Shown piece after piece: positions 47,701-55,102 of a stretch of 64,000 bases of DNA. The first letter of the stretch is position 1. Each line of letters opens with the position of its first letter. A model generated the notes under the pieces. That model did not search any database. It was not told the origin of the DNA and saw only the letters and a list, made by a program, of their open reading frames with translations. The position numbers and the translations under genes are program-made. Source of the stretch: an uncultured Planctomycetales bacterium (GTDB lineage: Bacteria; Omnitrophota; Gorgyraeia; Zapsychrales; Aceulaceae); contig CAZYOA010000005.1 of assembly GCA_964648665.1 (NCBI GenBank), positions 22,822 through 86,821 of the forward strand, in the 5' to 3' direction.

Positions 47701-50700
47701 TCTGCAACATTACGAAAATGCAAAGCAAAAGCTAGATGATGTAATCAAGTTCCTTAAAGATAATCCCATTGATTTAGAGGGTGCCGATCAGCAACGCCAA
47801 CGTTTTGAAACAGTTCAAAGCGATGTCCAGAAGAAAATAGATGCATTAGGCAAATATCAAGGTGACTCTAAGACACGCGTGCAGCAAAACCAAGAATTTG
47901 AACGTATAAAAGAAAAATGGTCTCAGGAAGTTTTTTCTTTAGATTCTTTGCAGAAGCAATATTCAGATTCATTGAAGAATTCTCAACCAGAAATATATGA
48001 AGAAAGTTTGAAAAGAATCCTATCGAAACTTGATTCGCTCACAACTCTTGTTCAGCGCAATAAAAAAAGAATTGCAAATGAAAAGACGACACAAGATTCT
48101 TTATCGAAACTCTCAACCGCTGCTGAGAATATAATTCAAAAAATTCATAACTATAAAAAAGCTTTAAAATTTTATGATGAAGGACAGAAAAAAGTTAATT
48201 TATTAAATGCCCAGCTACTCAAAGACATAGAAGAAATAAGATCAAAGTATTCTGTAGCATTTTCTTCTGCTCAGCAAAGAGAGTATCAAGGCGCTTCCGA
48301 CAGTATTTCCGCGGCTAAGGAGATTCGAGCGTTGACTTCTGCCGCTTTAGACTCTGCGGAAAAATTTGGCCTAACTATTCCAAATTCAACACTAGATTCT
48401 CTCGAAGAAATTAGGGATATTTTGCAAAGAAAATACGAAGAAGCCAGATCCCTTCAAAATCAAAAGACTAACCATGATACACAACTTTCTGATTTTGATT
48501 CTTCTGTTAAGAAGCGATTTAATCGTTGCAAATACTCGTATAAGCTTGCTGCTGAAGATATTGAACTGGCGATTGAAAAAGATACTGCAAATTATGTAAA
48601 ACATTTTAAGAATGCTAAGCAGAACATTGTCGATGCTCAAGATTCGATAGCCAGCCTTAGAGCAGATCTAGTTCAATTTATCGATATGGATGGAACTAAG
48701 GATATTCTTAAGGTTGCAGATGAACTTCTTGACCTGGTGGATAATGCTGCCATCAGCATTCCATTGTTGGAAAATAAATATAAGCATTATCGAAATGTTC
48801 AGATAGAAATTGCACATTTGAACGAAATGATTGCGACTCGTTCTGCGGTTGTAAAAGCTGCAGATAGTTTGGCTAATCAGAAGATTAATCAAAACAAGGA
48901 AATATATATAAAGGAAGACTATTCGGTGGCTGAGGCTGCTATTCAAGAGGCCAAGAATTATTCTGATTCTATCGTTGCTAGTTTGTCAGCGGCTAAATAT
49001 GCCAGCATCCCTAATGCTATGATGACGTTTTATAAAGATCGTCAAACATATTTTAGTGAATTGCTTGAAGTTTTTCAGGATTATCGAATAAAAAAAGACG
49101 AAGAACAGGAAGTTGTGGACGCATATAATTTTTTGTTGGAAAGTGACAAAGCGAAAATTGTAGATTTTAACAAATTAGCTTTTGCAGAGCTTGATAAAGC
49201 GAGTGAAGGCAAGTCGGTCAATTATTCTCAGGTTTTTAAGCTTTTTTCTACTGCCGAAAAGAATTTTATTAATTTGATAGAACGAACAAAGCAACTAAAA
49301 GAACAAAGTGATCGCCCAGACGTTATTCAGAAGATTATTGAATCTCAAGAAAAAACTTTGAGTGATTTTAGAAAAATGCAACAGGTTATCAAAGGTGAGG
49401 AAGGAACAGATCTCTCAGACGTTAATAAAAGAATTCAGAATGCTAAAGTAAATTTTATAAAAGGCTGCGAGTTTAGTCTTAATAATGGTATTAAAAATCT
49501 CAAAACTGGAAAACGCACGAGGGCTGATGATTCTTTTAAATTAATAGATCAACAAATAGTAGAGCTTAAAAGATTTGCTAAAGAAACAAGATCTACGGAA
49601 ATTTTTGACTCATTAATAAAGGTGTCAGATCAAAAAAGCATTCAATTAGCTAAGATTCTTAAAGATATAGAGGATGAGCGCAACGCGTTTGTATATGCGC
49701 CTAGAACTGTTTTGCTTAGGAAGCTAGGGCCTGTGATATATGGAGGTCGTTATAAACGAGGTGGGATCAAAGCAAATAAAAGCTCTGCAGATAAGTATAT
49801 TTCTTATGGCGCTTGGAAAGCCGCTTTGCAAGAGCTTGGTAATGTTAGGAAGCTTATAGAAAGGGCAAATATAATTTTAGAGGAGGATCAATATAAAGAT
49901 GTTGAGGATATCGATACGTTTAAAAATATTTTTTCTTCTGTTGAAAATATCAGAAATAATTTATCTTCAAAATTAGAAGAATTTGATCAATTCTATTCTG
50001 TCTCATTTAGCCCAAAAATATCAAAAATTCGTGAACATTTCAAAAAGGAGAAAGAATTTCGTTATAATGGACAATTTTCTGAATCACAAAAAGAACTTAT
50101 CGCAGCAAAAGACATGATTCAATCTTTGATTGATGAATCATCTAAAAACCAGAAGGTAAAATTATCCGAGGCCTTTAAATCATTATTATTTCTTGATTTG
50201 CAAGCCATCGATGCTCTTTACAAGAAAATAGAAGATTTAGAAACGCTTGATGAAGAAATGAAGGTGCTGCAGGATTCGACACAGAATGCAGGAGATGGTT
50301 ATCGGAATTTAATCCTTATTTTAAACAGAGATCAAGATGTTAGACGTGCGATGATGAATTTTAATATTTTAGTTTCGCGTCTCGAAAAAGTAAACCAACA
50401 GATTAAAAGTGGCAAGATGAGCTTTTCAAAGCCGGTTGAATATAATTTTGAGATGTCGTTCAAGAATCTCAAAGCCATGCGTTCTCATCTTTTTGAAACA
50501 GATTTGGTTTATCATATTTCTTCTGATTTTAATGAAAATGTTGTTTTGCGCAATACAGAATTAGATCTATTGCAAGAGAAAATTTTAAATTATGACAACA
50601 TTGTAACTGGTTTGCGTAAACGTTATCAAGGCGTCCAGGATGCTGCTTGGAATTTTAAAGAACGCGTTAAAGAAAATTCTTCGGAGAAACAAGAACCCGC

Positions 50701-53700
50701 TGATTGGCTTGAAAGCAGATTGGCATTTTTAAAGCGTACATTAGAGCCAAATGCTTATGCGAATGTTGTCAAAAGATTACTTCGAAGGACAGATGTTGTT
50801 GAAACTTTTAATGATGTTCCGGAAACTAATTCTGAATTGAACAACGAGTATGAATTATACATAGAAAATCTTATGGGTTACAAATGGCGTGCTGCTGGTT
50901 TATCTAAAAGTGATTTTGCACAAAAAACGAGTCAAGAAGAGAAGCAGGGTGGGGTCAGCGCGGATACGTTAGTCAACAATCTTCTTGAGCAGGTCCGTGG
51001 GCGCAATACGGCTAATCGTACAATAATTGGTCAATATTTTAGTGAGCTTAAACGACTCAATTCTCAATTTTCAATGGCTGTTTCAGAGCAAGAAGAAACC
51101 TGGTTTTGGAATTTTGTAAATACGCAATTTAACTCGATTCCTTCTAAGCTGTTTTCTGTAAAAAAAGAGAATTTTAATATCGATGAAATACTTTACCGCC
51201 ATGGTTATTTTGGTTTGGGAACAGTTATTCCTTCTGGGATGAATAAAATACAGCGCCAAAAAATAGATGTTTTTGATATTATAGAAGACACTGCCTGGGT
51301 AAAGAACGGGCTTGATAAGCCTTATTTCCTTAATAGACGCAGCATAGAAGTAGGAGAATATCTTGACGAAATGGAAAAGGACATGGTGACTATGGGTTCT
51401 CGTCTGCTCGAACTCGTAAAGAAAGAAGGATATTCGCCAACCATCAGAAGGGATAGCTCTTATTTTACTACAGAGAGATATCGCAACTTAACTGCTATTC
51501 CTATTGATCCTGAAAGAGGTTTTCGTAATCCTTTTCATCGGATGAAATATGATGCCGATTCTATTCTTCCTGCTCTCCCAAATGTGCAAAAAATACGTGA
51601 TCAGAGGCTCCAGGCCTTAGAAAAAACTTTGCAAGACAATATTCAAACCGTTAAAAAACTTCGCGAGGCGAGGAAAGATTTTTATTTGAAAAACAAAGAA
51701 ATGCAGGAAAAGCCTACCGAGAAAGAGATAGAAGATCTTTCGGTTAAAGATCCTGCCAAGAAGAGCGCTAATCAGATGCTTGATGAAATTTCAGAAAAAT
51801 TACAAAATTTTGAAAAGGAATTACAGCGATCATTTAAAACGGCCCAGAAGACTGTTAAAAATAATGACCTTATTATCGGTCGAGATGACTTTAGAAATCT
51901 TATCAAGAAAGGAGAGGCAATGATTTCTATCTTAAATAACTGCTCAGGCATTGACAACCTTGATGAAATTATTGACTCTATCAGGAAGTTTCAGAATGCT
52001 GCGAGAGAACAATTGATTTTTTGCGATGAATATGAGCAATCTCAATCTTCTAATAAAGCACTATCAGATTTTAAGAATAATTTTAAGGCTAAATTAAATG
52101 CGGCTCAACAAGAATTTCGCTCGATTATTGCCAATAGTTCAACAGAAGTTCCTGATTTTACTATTTCTGATTTTGGTGAAATTAAAAAAGGCTTAGAGTT
52201 TTACCGCGCGGCTATTTCAAAGAGTCAATCGATTACAAATAAAGACGCGGTTATCAAGCCTTTAGATAAAATTATCTCCGATTTAGACACAATTATCAAT
52301 ACTCTTCCGCAATTTTCAAATTATTGGGATGAGTATCATTTCAAGAGCAATATAAAGGACAATTTTTCATTTCATGCAAAAATGAAACTGTCGGAATCAA
52401 AATCTTTTTATATCAGAGCTTCAGATGAATTGCGTGTCGCTAAGCAAGAAAAAAGAAATCCTGATTCAAAAAAAGTCGAGGAAAATTTAAAGATGTCTGT
52501 TTCTATTCTTGATTCTTTATTTGCTCAAAGCAAGAATTTGCAAACACAAGATTCAGCCAGCATTGTTAGTTTCTTTAGTGAACTTGAAAAGAATTTTACA
52601 GACCTTATTAACGTGGTCATGACTCTTGATGCGTCAATTAGTGCAAGGAACTCTGCACAGAAAGAGATTGCTCTTACAAACAAAGTGATTGACTTTGTTA
52701 ACCTTAACGAAAAAGAATTGAAACGTATTGCTCCCTTGCTTGAGGGAAACAAGGACGCTGAGGCAATAGCTAGTCTTGAAAAAGTTAAAGAGAAATTATC
52801 AGATTTAGCTGGATTCTATGCCGAGAATGAAACAAGCAATGACAGTAAGTTTATTGTTGCTTTAACGGATACAATAAGAAAAATCGATTCTTTATTGAAA
52901 AAAGCGATTCATGAAAAAGTTAAGTCAGAGCTGTTTGCTGTTCCGGAGAACAATATTGCGAACATCAAAGTCTTACTTAAGACTTTGGAAGAGAATTTCG
53001 ATGTTTCATATCGCAGTATTTTGAACTCCATAAAAGAAAATCATCTTGACCTAGCAAAAGACGAAATCTCAAGATTTCAGCAATATATTGAGGCTTCTTT
53101 TTCTTCTATGCAGAAAGATACAGATACTGATTTTCTTAATCGGATCACACAAGCGTTTGAAACTGTTATGAATGATAGTGTTCCGATTTCTGAAGAGCAA
53201 AAAACGATATTGGAAGAATCGTATCAAGAGATTGCGAAGTTTAATGCATCAATTATTCAGACTCCTGTCTTGTACGGAAATGTTCTCGATTCAATAAACA
53301 GTAATGTTTCTTTAGCATCTGTTACAAAAACTTGTAGCAAAGATTATAAGAAAACAAAGAAAGCCATTCAATCTTTTATTGCAAACTTGACAAATATCGA
53401 GAGAATTCTCAACGACATAAAACCATCGCTCGATGAGCTTAAGAGTGCAGTAAATTCTGTGAATGCAATTTCCGTAAAAGAGACAAAAACAAAGATTCAA
53501 AAAGCTGTTGATATTTTAGATGTAAACAAAGATATACTAAGAAATCATATCCCAGACATTGAAAATATTATAAAAGATCTTAAGAATTTTTCTTCTGGAT
53601 TTGAAGAGTTTAAAGCTTCTCTGTACATCGAAAAATCAACCAACCAGATCAACTCTATTCGCGAATCCTTTGCCGAGATAGACAATCCTTATCATTCGCA

Positions 53701-54514
53701 GGTAACTTATGCCAATATGAAATATAAGCTCGCGGTTGCCTTTATGGGTAATCCAAATGTGCAAAAATTTATTGATGAGGCCACAAGACGATTAGACGAT
53801 CTGCCCTATCTGGAAAGAGAGCCAGAATTGTTAGGAGAGAATTCTGAAAAGATTATTCAAAGAATACTAAAAAAAGGGGGTTTAGAATCAATTTATCAGG
53901 CCTTAGCGGATATCCCTGATGGAGGAAATAATAATATTTCTATTGATCCATTTATTGCTGATTCTATCAGTCGAGGAGAGGTTTTTGGTTTTAAAGGAAA
54001 AGATGGAAAGTTTATCGAATTTATAGCCAAGACTGACCTTGAGAAAGAACGCGTAAGACAGATTGTATTAGCAGGATTAAGACAGCATGATGATCAATTA
54101 TTTGTTTTGTTAGGAAATCCGGGTAGTGCCAAAAGCTATTCTATATCTGGAAAGGCTGTGCCCTCTGATTCGAACTTAGCTTCCTCAAGCGTAACTTCAG
54201 ATGTGGCGGCGGCAGAGCAAGGAAGCCTCAACAAAAGCGATGTCGGTGGTATTGATCTTAATGCTCAATATCTTGATCTTAAAACAGAGGGCATAGATAT
54301 GGATTTTGAGCTGCCTTTAGAATGGCAAGGCATAGATCTCAATAATGTTCCGGGACTTGTTCCTGTGTTTATTCAAATCATGCCTGTGATGAATTTTCCT
54401 GCATTTGTTGCAGGAGAAGAAGACATTGAAAATGATAATGCTTCATTGGCATTCCATCAACCTTTAATTGAACAAAAACAGGATTTCATGTTTGAAAAAG
54501 AATTTGATATCTAA
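44726..54514 (+). CDS. Giant family protein 2 (3262 aa)
   Basis: Uninterrupted 9.8-kb ORF. Contains the family N-module, a TM segment, a Pro-rich stretch, about 2700 aa of K/E/Q/N/S-rich predicted helical sequence, and the family C-module (GGIDLNAQYLDLKTEGIDMDFELPLEWQG...). Confidence 0.9.
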   Translation: MFLLPRGKTLYNIKKFVSFVVFVCFLWMTLFPSAVLAQSVAGLPIPGTLLASTPSFTPLMLRGIQINPKNPFEFNFLLDTGTRHLSQDEIKTQSETIAKYFLSTVTIPEEDLWVNLSPYEKDRIVPEALSQTDMGRDLLAQDYILKQLTASLIHPDDETGKVFWEKVYKKAYQEYGTTNIPVNTFNKVWIVPDKATVYQEGNRAFVAESYMKVMVEEDFLARQVNSEKSLVNSKKQQMQNVDGHLQDAIAQDIVREVLIPLLEKEVNEGKLFSQLRQMYHSMILATWYKQNLKGSIINKIYADQSKVKGVETPDPKTVNKIYDQYLEAFEKGVCDIVKVEYDPNTQKNVPRKYFSGGFAASAILSRFKVSRSSRRFRKTVVNSVVGFVFMAIFALSSADSLQAQIVDRSSQNPIEKTSTKPNEVKPSPFGKPVPALPEITQSEIDQIMGRFKFEYPKKLSSSDQPPEFPVKVTPNFGSIPLPKMIPLKLGATEKLILIDTLSIPRINVSDSTKEINIDPLIKKFGLHWYSVEEKPKEGVIVKEKVSEITEKINDKYIFGSKSGNKIADIFIRVHTSKGVFNLPGIENPKMKLLPTSLGTDEEWFKAQITKQEGVDNLTFKKFSLLRNTNFIVEKDTNFLDLHIDDLAKSYDKDVKAILVVALDNFNNAFNIDSLLYTFELLDQIPQVDIPGPSEENIERLLELRDSFSETGELEVGTVTMKFEKYDLSQKMPSPIDVSTERGEGFISAKGAFSELSFLPKSSLLNDLSGPLGDFSQKKKNVDQLKTLPSITSQFIPQKDILKEDLPDIPLLSNLSSPENPNIGNEKELLLPMLIPDLVLPELNIDEIKDFPEGDFESQKPLIPDFGEQKEIYFHIVDSVSENAFFQKAPENENLLPEDTEFIRTHYTEAVKNMKNKQHELSKQNLVEAKNSIFDLLERLKNADASDSQASKDWLSNALLALTEVSLKNEEFLILEELKVAFDTLGAGNVVEALQHYENAKQKLDDVIKFLKDNPIDLEGADQQRQRFETVQSDVQKKIDALGKYQGDSKTRVQQNQEFERIKEKWSQEVFSLDSLQKQYSDSLKNSQPEIYEESLKRILSKLDSLTTLVQRNKKRIANEKTTQDSLSKLSTAAENIIQKIHNYKKALKFYDEGQKKVNLLNAQLLKDIEEIRSKYSVAFSSAQQREYQGASDSISAAKEIRALTSAALDSAEKFGLTIPNSTLDSLEEIRDILQRKYEEARSLQNQKTNHDTQLSDFDSSVKKRFNRCKYSYKLAAEDIELAIEKDTANYVKHFKNAKQNIVDAQDSIASLRADLVQFIDMDGTKDILKVADELLDLVDNAAISIPLLENKYKHYRNVQIEIAHLNEMIATRSAVVKAADSLANQKINQNKEIYIKEDYSVAEAAIQEAKNYSDSIVASLSAAKYASIPNAMMTFYKDRQTYFSELLEVFQDYRIKKDEEQEVVDAYNFLLESDKAKIVDFNKLAFAELDKASEGKSVNYSQVFKLFSTAEKNFINLIERTKQLKEQSDRPDVIQKIIESQEKTLSDFRKMQQVIKGEEGTDLSDVNKRIQNAKVNFIKGCEFSLNNGIKNLKTGKRTRADDSFKLIDQQIVELKRFAKETRSTEIFDSLIKVSDQKSIQLAKILKDIEDERNAFVYAPRTVLLRKLGPVIYGGRYKRGGIKANKSSADKYISYGAWKAALQELGNVRKLIERANIILEEDQYKDVEDIDTFKNIFSSVENIRNNLSSKLEEFDQFYSVSFSPKISKIREHFKKEKEFRYNGQFSESQKELIAAKDMIQSLIDESSKNQKVKLSEAFKSLLFLDLQAIDALYKKIEDLETLDEEMKVLQDSTQNAGDGYRNLILILNRDQDVRRAMMNFNILVSRLEKVNQQIKSGKMSFSKPVEYNFEMSFKNLKAMRSHLFETDLVYHISSDFNENVVLRNTELDLLQEKILNYDNIVTGLRKRYQGVQDAAWNFKERVKENSSEKQEPADWLESRLAFLKRTLEPNAYANVVKRLLRRTDVVETFNDVPETNSELNNEYELYIENLMGYKWRAAGLSKSDFAQKTSQEEKQGGVSADTLVNNLLEQVRGRNTANRTIIGQYFSELKRLNSQFSMAVSEQEETWFWNFVNTQFNSIPSKLFSVKKENFNIDEILYRHGYFGLGTVIPSGMNKIQRQKIDVFDIIEDTAWVKNGLDKPYFLNRRSIEVGEYLDEMEKDMVTMGSRLLELVKKEGYSPTIRRDSSYFTTERYRNLTAIPIDPERGFRNPFHRMKYDADSILPALPNVQKIRDQRLQALEKTLQDNIQTVKKLREARKDFYLKNKEMQEKPTEKEIEDLSVKDPAKKSANQMLDEISEKLQNFEKELQRSFKTAQKTVKNNDLIIGRDDFRNLIKKGEAMISILNNCSGIDNLDEIIDSIRKFQNAAREQLIFCDEYEQSQSSNKALSDFKNNFKAKLNAAQQEFRSIIANSSTEVPDFTISDFGEIKKGLEFYRAAISKSQSITNKDAVIKPLDKIISDLDTIINTLPQFSNYWDEYHFKSNIKDNFSFHAKMKLSESKSFYIRASDELRVAKQEKRNPDSKKVEENLKMSVSILDSLFAQSKNLQTQDSASIVSFFSELEKNFTDLINVVMTLDASISARNSAQKEIALTNKVIDFVNLNEKELKRIAPLLEGNKDAEAIASLEKVKEKLSDLAGFYAENETSNDSKFIVALTDTIRKIDSLLKKAIHEKVKSELFAVPENNIANIKVLLKTLEENFDVSYRSILNSIKENHLDLAKDEISRFQQYIEASFSSMQKDTDTDFLNRITQAFETVMNDSVPISEEQKTILEESYQEIAKFNASIIQTPVLYGNVLDSINSNVSLASVTKTCSKDYKKTKKAIQSFIANLTNIERILNDIKPSLDELKSAVNSVNAISVKETKTKIQKAVDILDVNKDILRNHIPDIENIIKDLKNFSSGFEEFKASLYIEKSTNQINSIRESFAEIDNPYHSQVTYANMKYKLAVAFMGNPNVQKFIDEATRRLDDLPYLEREPELLGENSEKIIQRILKKGGLESIYQALADIPDGGNNNISIDPFIADSISRGEVFGFKGKDGKFIEFIAKTDLEKERVRQIVLAGLRQHDDQLFVLLGNPGSAKSYSISGKAVPSDSNLASSSVTSDVAAAEQGSLNKSDVGGIDLNAQYLDLKTEGIDMDFELPLEWQGIDLNNVPGLVPVFIQIMPVMNFPAFVAGEEDIENDNASLAFHQPLIEQKQDFMFEKEFDI

Positions 54515-54533
54515 ATAACAGAAAGGTACGATA

Positions 54534-55079
54534 ATGTTTCTCTTGCCACGGGGAAAAACATCGAGAATTTCTAGGAAAACAATATCTATTATTATAACGG
54601 TTTGTTTCTTTGCAACAACCGTTGTCCCTTCTCAAGCCATGGCCCAAGGACTGTTAGGGCTTCCTGCGGCTGGCACTATGGTGTCTTTAAGCCCAGTATT
54701 CACACCTACCATTCTTCGTGGAATAAGAGTCTATCCTAACAATTCTCTTAAATTCGACTTTATAGTCGATTCTGGTGATACTGGGCTTAAAGGCATTGCA
54801 TTAAAGAACGAATCTGAACGTCTCATAAAATACTTCCTAGCAGTTTTAACTATTCCTGAAGACAACCTATGGGTTAACTTATCTCCCCATGAAGAAGATA
54901 GAATCATTCCTGATTCTTTAGCTCTTACAGATATGGGCACTGACATGTTGGCCCAAGACTATCTCTTAAAACAAATCACTGCATCTCTAATCTATCCAGA
55001 AGATGAGCTAGGTAAGCAGTTCTGGCAAAAGATCTACAAAAAGCCTATGAAGAATATGGCACTACCAATATTCCAGTAG
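54534..55079 (+). CDS. Giant family protein 3, N-terminal fragment (frameshifted; pseudogene, sequencing error or slippage site)
   Basis: Family N-module up to ...FWQKIYKK, then out-of-frame residues and a stop. Paralogs read KKAYEEYGTT at this point. Confidence 0.7.
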   Translation: MFLLPRGKTSRISRKTISIIITVCFFATTVVPSQAMAQGLLGLPAAGTMVSLSPVFTPTILRGIRVYPNNSLKFDFIVDSGDTGLKGIALKNESERLIKYFLAVLTIPEDNLWVNLSPHEEDRIIPDSLALTDMGTDMLAQDYLLKQITASLIYPEDELGKQFWQKIYKKPMKNMALPIFQ

Positions 55080-55102
55080 ATACCTTTAATAAAGTCTGGA
55101 TT

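Noticed and set aside
36485-54946. About 25 short (60-118 aa) minus-strand or alternative-frame ORFs nested inside the giant genes (e.g. 37047-37403, 46303-46632, 48668-48946, 57316-57612, 57774-58127)
   Set aside because: All lie wholly within long, homology-supported + strand ORFs. They have low-complexity or hydrophobic junk-like translations typical of AT-rich antisense frames, and none has its own RBS or intergenic space.
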